56,346 bases of DNA from Candidatus Micrarchaeota archaeon (GCA_014730115.1 WJIU01000027.1:1-56346), one strand, 5' to 3'. Positions 27,858 to 36,942 are shown, counted from the stretch's first letter. The notes: generated by a model not told the origin, from the letters alone. Translations and numbers: made by a program.

Positions 27858-30407
27858 ATGTCCAGCGTTGCGCAACTGGTAAGGAAAAGGTTCGGCGAGC
27901 TTACCCCCGTACAGAAACTTGCCATTCCCAAAGTGCTTTCCGGGCAGAATGTAATCATCCTGGCTCCCACCGGCTCCGGCAAGACAGAATGCGCACTTCT
28001 TCCTGTTCTGGAAAAGATAATGGGTGAGGAAGCCGGCATCTGCGCACTCTACATTACCCCGCTAAGGGCCCTTTCCCGGGATTTGAAGCAGAGGTTCAAC
28101 TGGTGGTGCGAGAGGCTGGACATCAGCCATGACATCAGGACCGGGGACACCACCCAGCACACCAGGACCAAGCACCGCAAAAATCCGCCCAAGATACTGC
28201 TTACCACGGTGGAGTCTCTGCAGGCCCTTCTGATGGGAAGGGTGATGAGAAGGCATCTGGCCAACATAAAATTTGTCATAATAGACGAAGTCCACGATGT
28301 CCTTGACAACAAGAGGGGCGCCCAGCTTTCCATGGGGCTGGAAAGGCTGAACTTAATCGCAGACTTCCAGCGGATTGCCATAAGCGCGACTGTTGCTGAT
28401 GAAAACGAGGCAGCCCGCCTTGCGTTCGGAGACCGGGAATACGCAGTATGCCAGAGCGGAAAAAACCGCAAAATGGATATCAAAGTGGAAAATATTCTTT
28501 CAAAGGAAAAATCCGTTGAGAGGATAAAGATGCTGGTGGAAAAAAACCGCAGCCTTGTGTTTGTGAACACCCGGAGCACTGCGGAGGAGCTGGGGGCATC
28601 GCTGAAAAAGGCAAGGGCGCCGGTGGCAGTGCATCACGGCTCACTTTCCAAAGGGGTGAGGCTGGGCACTGAAGACAAATTCAAAAACGGCGAGGTCAAT
28701 TCAATACTCTGCACATCGTCCCTGGAGCTGGGCATAGATGTAGGCGATGTTTCCCTTGCCGTGCAGTACGGCTCCCCCCACCAGGTATTCCGGCTTATAC
28801 AGAGAATAGGGAGAAGCGGGCATAGCATGGACAAGGTGCCCAGGGGGGTAATCTTCAGTTCTGATTTTGACGATATGCTGGAAAGCACGGTGCTCAGGAT
28901 TTTCGCGGAAAACGGCTGGATTGAAAACAAGAAGGCAGAGCGCGGTGCCCTGGATGTAATCGCCCACCAGCTGGTAGGCCTGTGCATGGATTTCGGCAGG
29001 ATGCCCCTTTCCAGGACACACAAAATCCTTTCCCGCTCCTATGCATACAGCATTTCCTACGAGCAGCTGAGAAAGGTAGCTCTCCAGCTCTACAGCGAGG
29101 GAATACTCTACTATGATGAAACCCCGGACAATATATTCATCAAGCTGAAAAGCAGGGCGCGGCAGTACTATTACACCTTTCTGAGCACCATCCCCAGGAC
29201 CAAAAGGTTCCTGATGAAGGATATCTCATCAAACAAGGTTATTTCCAGCCTGGATGAGGAGTTTGTGGTTAACCTGGAAACCGGGGCAAGCTTCCTTTCC
29301 CAGGGGATGCCCTGGCACGTAGTGGACATCACTGGTGATGCAGTCCTCGCGGAGTCAACTTCCGGAAGCGACATCATGGTTCCTTCGTGGACAGGCGAGG
29401 ACATACCGGTTTCTTTTGAGGTTGCGCAGGAAGTGGGCAAGATGAGGGGGATGCGGAAAGACGTTTCCCTGGTTCCTGATGACCGCACGATTATCATTGA
29501 AATGGTGGAGGACCTTGTAATCGTCCATGCCTGCCTGGGAAGCAGGGTAAACGAGGCCCTTGCAAGGATGTATTCCAAGAAGCTTTCCAGGCTTGCAGGT
29601 GAAAGCGTGTGGGCGGTTTCCGACCCCTACCGCATTATTGTCAAGCTTCCCTTTCCACTCCAGGAAAAGCATCTGAAGGAGGCACTTACGGGCATTTCAT
29701 CTGTCCGCAAGCAGCTGGAGGATGCGATAGAGCATTCCCCGCTGCTCAGGTTCAAGTTCATGCACGTGGGAAGGATGTTCGGCCTTCTTTCCGAGGATGC
29801 AGGGGTAAACTCCAGATTCATTCATGCGATGAAATACTCTGCAGTGTACGAAGAGACAGTGCGCTCAATATTCTTCCGGTACTTTGATGTGGAAAAAACA
29901 GAGGAAATACTGGACAAGGTCAGGAAAAATGAAATCGGGCTTTTGGTGGACAAGAGAGACAAGCCCAGCTATTTTGCCCGGGTCGGGCTGGACCGGATAT
30001 CGGGCGGAGAATCCGTGGGCATGTTTGAGCCAAGGGAGAGAATCATTTCAGCCTTCAAGGAGAATGTGCTGTCCAAAACGCTTCATCTGAAATGCCTGAA
30101 CTGCGGGGCAACCAGGTTCCTCCACCTGGCCGGCGCGCCGGAGAAAATCAGCTGCCACAAGTGCGGGCAGGGGGGGTATGCGCCCCTGGACAGGCAGGGA
30201 AAGCTCAAGGATGAGGCGGAATTCTCTGCAGGGCTGATAAGGAACTACGGAAAACAGGCCCTGGTCGCACTTTCCACATACGGCATTGGCCCATCCACTG
30301 CTGACCGGGTTCTCCGCAGGCTCCACAAGGATGAAGAATCATTCTACGTGGACCTTATAGATGCCCAGAAATCATTCATAAAGAACAAGAAATACTGGAA
30401 GTTCTAG
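27858..30407 (+). CDS. lhr: Lhr-type large DEAD/DEAH-box helicase
   Basis: It has APTGSGKTE, a DEVH box (IIDEVHDV), SAT, QRIGRSGH, the long Lhr-core C-terminal extension, and a CxxC...CxxC zinc ribbon (CLNCG...CHKCG). Confidence 0.85.
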   Translation: MSSVAQLVRKRFGELTPVQKLAIPKVLSGQNVIILAPTGSGKTECALLPVLEKIMGEEAGICALYITPLRALSRDLKQRFNWWCERLDISHDIRTGDTTQHTRTKHRKNPPKILLTTVESLQALLMGRVMRRHLANIKFVIIDEVHDVLDNKRGAQLSMGLERLNLIADFQRIAISATVADENEAARLAFGDREYAVCQSGKNRKMDIKVENILSKEKSVERIKMLVEKNRSLVFVNTRSTAEELGASLKKARAPVAVHHGSLSKGVRLGTEDKFKNGEVNSILCTSSLELGIDVGDVSLAVQYGSPHQVFRLIQRIGRSGHSMDKVPRGVIFSSDFDDMLESTVLRIFAENGWIENKKAERGALDVIAHQLVGLCMDFGRMPLSRTHKILSRSYAYSISYEQLRKVALQLYSEGILYYDETPDNIFIKLKSRARQYYYTFLSTIPRTKRFLMKDISSNKVISSLDEEFVVNLETGASFLSQGMPWHVVDITGDAVLAESTSGSDIMVPSWTGEDIPVSFEVAQEVGKMRGMRKDVSLVPDDRTIIIEMVEDLVIVHACLGSRVNEALARMYSKKLSRLAGESVWAVSDPYRIIVKLPFPLQEKHLKEALTGISSVRKQLEDAIEHSPLLRFKFMHVGRMFGLLSEDAGVNSRFIHAMKYSAVYEETVRSIFFRYFDVEKTEEILDKVRKNEIGLLVDKRDKPSYFARVGLDRISGGESVGMFEPRERIISAFKENVLSKTLHLKCLNCGATRFLHLAGAPEKISCHKCGQGGYAPLDRQGKLKDEAEFSAGLIRNYGKQALVALSTYGIGPSTADRVLRRLHKDEESFYVDLIDAQKSFIKNKKYWKF

Positions 30408-30826
30408 TTTTCTTTTTTCAGGGTCTTCGGCTCGCGGTAATAGACGATTGCCATGGTGAGGGCTGCAACTGTTGTGGCTTCCACCCAGGAACCCAGGCCT
30501 ATCAGGATTCCAATGGCTGCAGTGACCCAGACCGTTGCCGCAGTGGTAAGGCCCACCGGCCTCCCCTTTTGTTTGAAGCTGTGCCAGATTACGCCCATGC
30601 CCAGAAAGCCTATTCCGGCTATGATGTGGCCCACTATCCTGGCGGAATCGGTGTTGCTGCCAGCAAAGAAATCATTAAAGGAAAGAAGTGTAAATGCTGT
30701 GCATCCCAGGCAGATAAGGGTGAACGTTCTCAGGCCGGCCGCCTTTCTTCTGCGGAAGTAACCGATTAAAATGCCGATAATGACAGAAGCAAAAATCCTT
30801 ACCAGGCCTTCGGTTTCCGCGAGCAT
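30404..30826 (-). CDS. mgtC: MgtC/SapB family membrane protein
   Basis: 140 aa with 4 TM segments. IGILIGYFRRRKAAGLRTFTLICLG matches the MgtC N-terminal signature. Confidence 0.8.
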   Translation of the reverse strand: MLAETEGLVRIFASVIIGILIGYFRRRKAAGLRTFTLICLGCTAFTLLSFNDFFAGSNTDSARIVGHIIAGIGFLGMGVIWHSFKQKGRPVGLTTAATVWVTAAIGILIGLGSWVEATTVAALTMAIVYYREPKTLKKEN

Positions 30827-30925
30827 TCGGCATATATTTCATTGAAATCTTTAAAATCTATGACGTTTTCGGGTCCGGGTTTTTGTGACAGTCCTTTATT
30901 AAGTTTGTTTGTGTAAGTTCCATGG

Positions 30926-31504
30926 GTGACCACCATGCAACACGTTTCACAAAGAACAGAAAAAACCCTGTCCGGGCAGGGGCGGAATGGATTGAAGGCA
31001 AAGCCGCCGCTGAGGAAGTGTAAACTTTCTGACGGCAATGTAAAAACTCTTCTTTCCCTTTTCAGGAGAAAGTCTGCTGTGGAAATGGAATTCCAGAAAT
31101 ATTCCCGGGCAAAGGAAGAGCTCAAAAACCTGGGGGGAAGCATTGGCCTGGTGGAAAATGAGCGAACCCAGAGGGTTGAGGCCAGGCTGGAAGTCCCTAC
31201 TGCAAATCCGACTATTGAAGATTCGGTATATTCCCTTGTTGTCGGCATGGGCTTTGAGCTCAGGCTTGACACCAGGCCAGAGAAGGACGGCGAAAAAAGA
31301 ACGTACGTCATTACTGAAAGAAGGGACCACGAAGTTTCAAACATAGTGGACATGGCCGAATCCCTGGTTAGGCTTGCCCGGACACTTAAATCCCCGGAAT
31401 ACCAGAGAGCTCTTGCCAAGCAGCCCCCTGCGCCATATATTTCTCCTGAAAACCGGGAAATTGAAAAGCGCAGCAATGTCATTCCGCTCCGGAAGGCTTC
31501 CTGA
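30926..31504 (+). CDS. Hypothetical protein
   Basis: It has a normal mixed-charge composition, whereas the 227-aa antisense ORF is Ser-rich. The start is uncertain (an internal ATG, MEFQKY..., is possible). Confidence 0.5.
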   Translation: MTTMQHVSQRTEKTLSGQGRNGLKAKPPLRKCKLSDGNVKTLLSLFRRKSAVEMEFQKYSRAKEELKNLGGSIGLVENERTQRVEARLEVPTANPTIEDSVYSLVVGMGFELRLDTRPEKDGEKRTYVITERRDHEVSNIVDMAESLVRLARTLKSPEYQRALAKQPPAPYISPENREIEKRSNVIPLRKAS

Positions 31505-31535
31505 TTTTATTTCTTTTCCTTATATCTTATCTTTC

Positions 31536-31886
31536 ATGTACAAGCAGACAATCGTAGTCCGCGCCGACCTTGACATGGGGAAGGGAAAGCTGGCCGCCCA
31601 GTGTGCTCATGCATCGCTTTCCGGTTACAACAAGGTCAGGAAGTCGCATCTTGACATTGCCAAGGCCTGGGAAACCGGGGGCCAGAAAAAAGTCGTGCTG
31701 AAAGTAAACAGCGAAAAGGAATTGTTTGAATACTTTCAGAAAGGAAAGGACGCCGGCATACCCTGTGAAATCATCAGGGATGCAGGACACACCCAGCTTG
31801 AGCCGGGTACAGTGACCTGCTTTGCCGCAGGCCCCTGGAAAGGGGAGGAATTGGACAGGGTATTCGGGGACCTGAAACTTCTGTGA
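31536..31886 (+). CDS. pth2: Peptidyl-tRNA hydrolase, archaeal Pth2 type
   Basis: [27 protein letters not shown]...KVVLKV...[22 protein letters not shown] 31536 gives the usual ~116 aa. Confidence 0.9.
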   Translation: MYKQTIVVRADLDMGKGKLAAQCAHASLSGYNKVRKSHLDIAKAWETGGQKKVVLKVNSEKELFEYFQKGKDAGIPCEIIRDAGHTQLEPGTVTCFAAGPWKGEELDRVFGDLKLL

Positions 31887-32443
31887 TTGTTATGAAGGCA
31901 TTTATCTTTCACTGCTGGGGCGGGGATTCCAGGGGATGCTGGAGAGGCTGGCTGGCCGACCGGCTGAGGGAGCAGGGAGCGGAAGTGATTGCACCCGATT
32001 TTCCTGATGCCAGCAACCCCAGGCTGGAGGAATGGCTGGACATGGCAAGGGCGGCAGTGCCGGAATTCAGCGAAGGCTGGGTGCTGGCCGGCCACAGCCT
32101 GGGCTGCCCTGCGATACTGAGGCTTCTGGAAACCTTTCATGAGGATGAAAAAGTTGATACTGTAATCCTTGTTGCCGGATTTGCAAAAGACCTGGGCATT
32201 CCTGAAATTGCAAATTTCGTGGACAAGGATTTTGACTGGGAAAAGATAAGGAACAGTGCAAACCGTTTCATAGTGATTAACTCAGACAACGACCCCTTCA
32301 TAGAGCTGGAGGAGGGAAAAAGGCTGGCTTCCCTCCTTGGCGCTGATTTCGTTGTGGAGCCCGGCGGGGGGCACCTGAACGAGGGCTCCGGCTATACCGA
32401 GTACCCCCGGCTCCTGCAGCTGATAAAAGAGAAAAAGGACTAG
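31883..32443 (+). CDS. Alpha/beta hydrolase, RBBP9/YdeN-like serine hydrolase
   Basis: FIFHCWGGD is at the N-terminus, the nucleophile elbow is GHSLGC, and the C-terminus has D...GGGH. The start overlaps the pth2 stop by 4 nt. Confidence 0.75.
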   Translation: MIVMKAFIFHCWGGDSRGCWRGWLADRLREQGAEVIAPDFPDASNPRLEEWLDMARAAVPEFSEGWVLAGHSLGCPAILRLLETFHEDEKVDTVILVAGFAKDLGIPEIANFVDKDFDWEKIRNSANRFIVINSDNDPFIELEEGKRLASLLGADFVVEPGGGHLNEGSGYTEYPRLLQLIKEKKD

Positions 32444-33213
32444 CCGGCTGAGCTGCCGAGAAATGCCAGGGAAAAGATTCCCAGGTAGAATGCTATAATG
32501 GCTGCTATGACCATGGCGAAGAATATTGCGACCGGCGCCAGGGTCACAACTGCCGCTTTTATGGTACTGAGCCCATGGGCAATCTTCACTGCCCGGTAAT
32601 TCAGGTATATCGCGTATATGCCCACCAGAATCATTACCGCGTTTGCGGCATATCCCAGGCATGGCACAAAGGAAAACACGTAAAGGATGGAAAATACTAT
32701 GGCAGCAGATGCTGAACCCAGTGCGATAAGATACGACTGGTTCCTGAAACTGCCGGTTCCGCCCAGCAGTTTTGCAATAAGGTACTGGACAGCAGACTGG
32801 ATGAGCCAGCTGATTATCGGGCTTGCAAAATAAAGCACCACCAGGACCAGGCCTGCAACCACCATCGCGGCCAGGGCAAGAATGCCGATTCCCGGAGCGG
32901 CCAGGGTTGCCATCAGGCCAAGCAGTGCGCCGTACACCGCAAAAAGCATGAGAAATATGAAACCGATTGCCAGAGGTATCAGGTTGGAAATGAAGATGTC
33001 CTTGGCTCCCCGCATGAAGCCCTGCTTTCCAAGCTCTTGGCTGAATGTATTGCTGGGATGAAACATAACTTCCTTCCATAGTTTCAGCCGGTCGTACCCT
33101 ATCGCATCCACAAACCGGGTACACCCTCTCTCCAGCTTGTCCTGGAACTTCTCTTCCCGGGGCTGCCCTTTTTCCTCTTTGGTTTCCTTTACCGGCTCAA
33201 CAGGCCCTGCCAT
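32440..33213 (-). CDS. Yip1-domain membrane protein
   Basis: 5 TM segments and LIAKLLGGTGSFRNQSYLIALGSA, typical of the Yip1 domain. ATG 33213 is used because the track N-terminal extension runs through the tRNA-Phe gene. Confidence 0.6.
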   Translation of the reverse strand: MAGPVEPVKETKEEKGQPREEKFQDKLERGCTRFVDAIGYDRLKLWKEVMFHPSNTFSQELGKQGFMRGAKDIFISNLIPLAIGFIFLMLFAVYGALLGLMATLAAPGIGILALAAMVVAGLVLVVLYFASPIISWLIQSAVQYLIAKLLGGTGSFRNQSYLIALGSASAAIVFSILYVFSFVPCLGYAANAVMILVGIYAIYLNYRAVKIAHGLSTIKAAVVTLAPVAIFFAMVIAAIIAFYLGIFSLAFLGSSAG

Positions 33214-33281
33214 GGGACTATATAAAAAGGAGAAATTTAAAAAATGTGAAGCTAAGTGGGCGAAGATGTTATATGAAAAAA

Positions 33282-33412
33282 TGCCGCAGGCCTGATTTGA
33301 ACAAGCGACCCCTCCGTATCTGATAGGAGTAAATTCCGTGGGAATCTTCAGCTTCACCGATTCATTTTTTTCAAAAGGAATCTGGAGTGCTCTCCCACTG
33401 AGCTACTGCGGC
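33282..33412 (-). tRNA. tRNA-Phe (anticodon GAA) with two introns: 31 nt at 30/31 (33353-33383) and 28 nt at 37/38 (33318-33345)
   Basis: Exons are GCCGCAGTAGCTCAGTGGGAGAGCACTCC | GCTGAAG | ACGGAGGGGTCGCTTGTTCAAATCAGGCCTGCGGCA. Spliced, they give a 72-nt cloverleaf with stem CTCCG/CGGAG and loop CTGAAGA. Both junctions sit in 3-nt bulges flanking 4-bp helices. Confidence 0.7.
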
Positions 33413-33436
33413 GTGTTACTATTTTTCATGAGCAAG

Positions 33437-33445
33437 TTTTTATAA
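33437..33445 (-). promoter_or_regulatory. TATA-box-like element for tRNA-Phe
   Basis: TTATAAAA(A) on the minus strand lies about 25 nt upstream of tRNA position 1. Confidence 0.45.
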
Positions 33446-33695
33446 TGGATTCCATCTTTGCTGGTTTACGGGACGAGACGACCCAATCAGAATTCTCCAA
33501 AGCTTTGCCATTTCCCTTCCACGGATGGCGGTTTTATTCGTGCCTGTGTTTGATGCCCTGATGGCTGCCCCTATCCCTTCTCTCTCAAGAATTTTTTACT
33601 GAAATTAGTAATTTTTTGATAATTCCTATTGAAGGGTAAGTTTCCGCAAAAAAATTCATAACATTCTAAAATCTCATCTCAGCAAATCAAATTCC

Positions 33696-33920
33696 ATGTC
33701 TTTTGTGACGATACTTGCGGAGTGGTTCTCCAGGCTTCATTTCCTTGCAGCCCTGGCAATGTTCTTTTTCATTGCTCTCATGGTGCTGGAGGAAGACCGC
33801 TTCATCCGCGCGCTTATGCTGCTTCCGGTGGTCCTTTTTTACACCCTGTCCAAGGTGATGTATTCAATAGACCAGAAGGCTTCCACTGACCGGATTGTGG
33901 AGAAATACAAAAAGGGCTAG
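33696..33920 (+). CDS. Hypothetical small membrane protein (74 aa)
   Basis: It has two hydrophobic helices (FLAALAMFFFIALMVL, ALMLLPVVLFYTL). The stop overlaps the uppS stop region. I recognise no family. Confidence 0.4.
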   Translation: MSFVTILAEWFSRLHFLAALAMFFFIALMVLEEDRFIRALMLLPVVLFYTLSKVMYSIDQKASTDRIVEKYKKG

Positions 33921-34624
33921 CGGCCGAACCTTCTTTTTCTTCTGCGATAGGCTTCCAGGGCATCCTCGAAGTCTTCCCTGGAAAAATCAGGCCATAATTT
34001 CTTGCAGAAGTAAAACTCGCTATAGCAGGTCTGCCATGGAAGAAGCCCGGACAGCCTCTGCTCCCCGGAAGTCCTTATGACCAGGTCAGGGTCGGGCAGG
34101 CCCCTAGTATAAAGATGGCTGCTGATGGTTTCCTCATCCACCTTTTTTTTGCCCTCCGCAATTATCTCGTTTACCGCATCCACAATTTCATTGCGTCCGC
34201 CATAAGAAAGCAGAAGGTTGAGCTGGAAAGGCCCGTTGTTTTTTGTTTTTTCCTCAATCTTCCTGAAAAGGGCAATGATATCCTTGGGAAAAAGATGGAT
34301 TCTTCCCAGGAATTTGACACGTATCTTCCTGCCTTCATCATCCCTGGTGGAAAGCCCTTCCAGAAGGTTTTTCTTGAAAAGCCCGAACAGGTTTTCTATT
34401 TCCTGGTTGTCTCTCTTGAAATTCTCGGTGCTGAAGCCCCACATTGTGACTATTCGTATGTTCTTCTTCTTGCACCACTTCAGCACCTCTCCTATGTGCT
34501 CTATGCCTATGCGGTAACCTTCCTTTCTGCTGATTCCCTTCTCCCTGCTCCATCTCCGGTTTATGGTTCAGTGAATTCCATCCGGGATGATAGCAATATG
34601 CCCGGGAACTTCAGGCTCGTCCAT
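33917..34624 (-). CDS. uppS: Undecaprenyl/di-trans,poly-cis-polyprenyl diphosphate synthase (cis-prenyltransferase); coding sequence = complement(join(33917..34560,34576..34624))
   Basis: Exon 1 is MDEPEVPGHIAIIPDG. Exon 2 is NRRWSREKG...GEVLKWCKKKNIRIVTMWGFSTENFKRDNQEIENLF...RTSGEQRLSGLLPWQ...RRFG. The joined length is 693 nt, giving 230 aa. Confidence 0.85.
34561..34575 (-). other. Candidate 15-nt bulge-helix-loop intron inside uppS (boundaries ambiguous by 1-2 nt because of flanking A residues)
   Basis: The RNA UUCACUGAACCAUAA contains an in-frame UGA and splits the invariant DG|NRRW motif. The flanks pair as CCGG/CCGG and AUGG/CCAU with a 3-nt AAA bulge. Confidence 0.6.
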
Positions 34625-34681
34625 TGGCTTTGCACCTCCCTGGTTGGTTAAGAAAAAAACCTGTTTATAAACAAATCGCTG

Positions 34682-35725
34682 TCAGTAAACTATCTCATTC
34701 AGTGTTTTGTTTTTGGCTGCTGTTTTCAGCTCTCTTGCTATTCTTCTCCCTACACTCATCGGTTCCCTGTAATAGTAAGCAGAATAAGGGGAGCCGTTTG
34801 GATAGATGTTGGTTCCTGCCACTATCCTTGCACTGACTTCGAATGCATAGATATCCATGTCCTCGTTTATTATTGTCTCAACGCAGAAGGGGCCGGTCAG
34901 GCCTCCGAACAGCTCAAATGAGGCATCACTTATTTTCTTTCCTATCTCCATGTATTCAGGAAGAAGGGATTCCCTGAGAACCATGGACTCATTTCCGATT
35001 ACCGTGAATCCCATATTCCTCCGGATTCCGATGGAGTGGGCCCTTGCAATCTCGTCCGCGCTGCTCTCCACCCTGCGGTCCACCCCAAGTAGCTCTATCC
35101 TGCCCTTTTCAGTTTTGTATCCCGGACCTTCAAACGGTGAAAAGAAGTAGTGGGGATATGCACGCACGCCTATTATGAATTCCTGGATTATATAGTCGTC
35201 TTCCTTCACCCTGTCATAGAATTCTTTTCTGGACTTCACGATGGTATAACCCCTTCCTCCCCTTGCGCCCGGGAATTTTATCATGCAGGGCCGGTCAATT
35301 TCCTCAGGACTGTCCATCAGCCGGGGCGTCTTTATCCCTGCCTTTCTAATCCATGAAAGCATTTTGTTTCTTTCCCGTTCCCAAAGTATGCTTGCCCTGT
35401 TTCCGTAAATGGGGACTGCAAGGTCGTCAAAGGCCTTTCCGGTGTATTCCACAAAAGAGCCGTGGGGTATTATGATTGCATTTTTCTCAACAAGCGCTTT
35501 CCGGGGGAGCTCGGCATAGGAGTCCACCTCAATGAATTCATCAGGCTTTGCCAGCGGCATGGACTCATAGACCTTGCGCCGGTCTTTCCGGACAATGCCG
35601 ATTGTTTTTATTCCCTCATCCTTTGCCCCCTTGAAAATCTGAAGTGAGGAGTGGGAGCAAATCGTTGCAATGCTGAAATCCTCATAATTTGATAGTATTT
35701 CCTCTATCTTCTCTCGCGCAAGCAT
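34682..35725 (-). CDS. purP: 5-formaminoimidazole-4-carboxamide ribonucleotide (FAICAR) synthetase
   Basis: IATICSHSSLQIFKGAKDEGIKTIGI at the N-terminus, an ATP-grasp core, and 347 aa are typical of archaeal PurP. Confidence 0.85.
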   Translation of the reverse strand: MLAREKIEEILSNYEDFSIATICSHSSLQIFKGAKDEGIKTIGIVRKDRRKVYESMPLAKPDEFIEVDSYAELPRKALVEKNAIIIPHGSFVEYTGKAFDDLAVPIYGNRASILWERERNKMLSWIRKAGIKTPRLMDSPEEIDRPCMIKFPGARGGRGYTIVKSRKEFYDRVKEDDYIIQEFIIGVRAYPHYFFSPFEGPGYKTEKGRIELLGVDRRVESSADEIARAHSIGIRRNMGFTVIGNESMVLRESLLPEYMEIGKKISDASFELFGGLTGPFCVETIINEDMDIYAFEVSARIVAGTNIYPNGSPYSAYYYREPMSVGRRIARELKTAAKNKTLNEIVY

Positions 35726-35788
35726 AGAGTATTTTAAAATAGGCTACTTAAAAATCTTACCCATTATAACTATAATATAAGTGATAGT

Positions 35789-36346
35789 ATGGCTGCGCCT
35801 GTGTATGGAGAAGGAAGGGAAAGGCGGTCCACGACAGTGCAGGACCTGCAGAGGCTCCTCCGGGAGCTGCCCAATATGGACCTGACATCCCAGGAAAGAG
35901 ACCAGATAATCGAGATGCTCAATGATGCACTTAATCAGCTGCGGGCTCCGCAGCAAAGAGAAGCACCTCAGCCCCGCAGGGGCACTCCCAAGGAGCTCAG
36001 GCCCAGAAGGCTGGAAACAGAATTTACCTACAGGATAGAGTTTGGCGGAAGACAATACGATGTTACTATGAGGCTTCCAAACCCCAATCTTACCAGTGAG
36101 GACCAGGAGGCGATAAGAAGCGGCAGAATCGATGCCGGAAGAATGAGCCGGCTGCTGCTTGAAAACGCGCTTGAAAATCCTTCCTATGCAGATGTGAGGA
36201 TGGCCGGCAAAAGCGCGGAGGCAAGGAACTTCAACAGCCGGGAGCCCAACGCCCAGCTGGACCTCTTCAGGGATGCATTTCTCCGCCAGGCCAGAAGCAC
36301 TCCGGAAGGGGGAGAAGGAGGCATAAGGGTTTCGCTTTCAAGGTGA
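35789..36346 (+). CDS. Hypothetical Arg/Glu-rich protein A (paralogue-like of the next gene)
   Basis: 185 aa. It shares the motif RRxETxxxYxIxFGGRQYDVxM with the downstream ORF. I recognise no family. Confidence 0.55.
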   Translation: MAAPVYGEGRERRSTTVQDLQRLLRELPNMDLTSQERDQIIEMLNDALNQLRAPQQREAPQPRRGTPKELRPRRLETEFTYRIEFGGRQYDVTMRLPNPNLTSEDQEAIRSGRIDAGRMSRLLLENALENPSYADVRMAGKSAEARNFNSREPNAQLDLFRDAFLRQARSTPEGGEGGIRVSLSR

Positions 36347-36350
36347 TATT

Positions 36351-36941
36351 ATGGCAAGAGCAAGAAAAAGAAGATCAGGAGAAGACCTGATGGTGGAAAG
36401 GCTTACATCGGGTGGCCGCTACACTGAAGAACAGGCAAGGGAATTTGTCAGGGCACTGGACGTTCTGATGAGGGGAAGAAACCCGGTAGTTGATTCCCAG
36501 CGCATGGCGAACGACCTGACCACGCTGACCGACCGCTGGGCAGGCATGATTGAAAACGGAGAATTAAATGCAAGAAGCGTTTCCCAGCTTGAAGAAGATG
36601 ACGTGGGCCTGCTCTTTCGCGGGGTTCTTCTGGAAAGGCCGGAGGTTACGGTTGATGTATACGAGCCCCAGCCTTCCCGCAGGGAAACACACCGCTACAC
36701 AGTGGCAGTCGGCGACAGGGAATTTGACGTTGAGCTTGCAAATGAGCTTCCGGGAGGGGGCGGAATCAGAACCCCGAGGACCGGCCGCCCAAGGGAGCTT
36801 TATGAAATGCTGGTCAGCAACCCCGAGGGAGTAATTGCAATTACAGAAGGGGGGAATGTTGTTGACAAAGGCGAATTCGGCAGCGTCTACCGGGAAACGT
36901 TCCGGACAAGCCCTGAGACCATTTCAATCTCAAGCGCCTGA
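36351..36941 (+). CDS. Hypothetical Arg/Glu-rich protein B
   Basis: 196 aa, starting 5 nt after the previous stop. It carries the motif SRRETHRYTVAVGDREFDVEL. Confidence 0.55.
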   Translation: MARARKRRSGEDLMVERLTSGGRYTEEQAREFVRALDVLMRGRNPVVDSQRMANDLTTLTDRWAGMIENGELNARSVSQLEEDDVGLLFRGVLLERPEVTVDVYEPQPSRRETHRYTVAVGDREFDVELANELPGGGGIRTPRTGRPRELYEMLVSNPEGVIAITEGGNVVDKGEFGSVYRETFRTSPETISISSA

Positions 36942-36942
36942 G

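Noticed and set aside
30799-31482. 227-aa minus-strand ORF
   Set aside because: It is Ser-rich and low-complexity, overlaps the mgtC 5' end, and is antisense to a plus-strand ORF of normal composition.
32282-33124. 280-aa minus-strand ORF in an alternative frame of the Yip1-like gene
   Set aside because: It has a Pro/Arg/Gly-rich composition and overlaps two better-supported genes, the hydrolase 3' end and the Yip1-like gene.
33214-33357. N-terminal 48-aa extension of the Yip1-like ORF (track start 33357)
   Set aside because: It runs through the tRNA-Phe exons and introns. ATG 33213 follows an AT-rich promoter-like stretch and gives a normal Yip1 protein.
33540-33605. Possible C/D-box sRNA (UGAUGC ... 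CUGA ... CUGA) in the 275-nt spacer next to tRNA-Phe
   Set aside because: The C box is degenerate, the first CUGA follows it after only 1 nt so there is no guide region, and there are no C' box or terminal stem.
34561-34575. Alternative reading of the uppS insert as TGA recoding (Sec/Trp/Gly) with a 5-aa insertion IHxTI
   Set aside because: The insertion would sit inside the invariant DGNRRW substrate-binding motif. All other genes in the window use TGA as a normal stop. The flanks form a splice-type helix-bulge structure whose predicted cuts restore the motif exactly.
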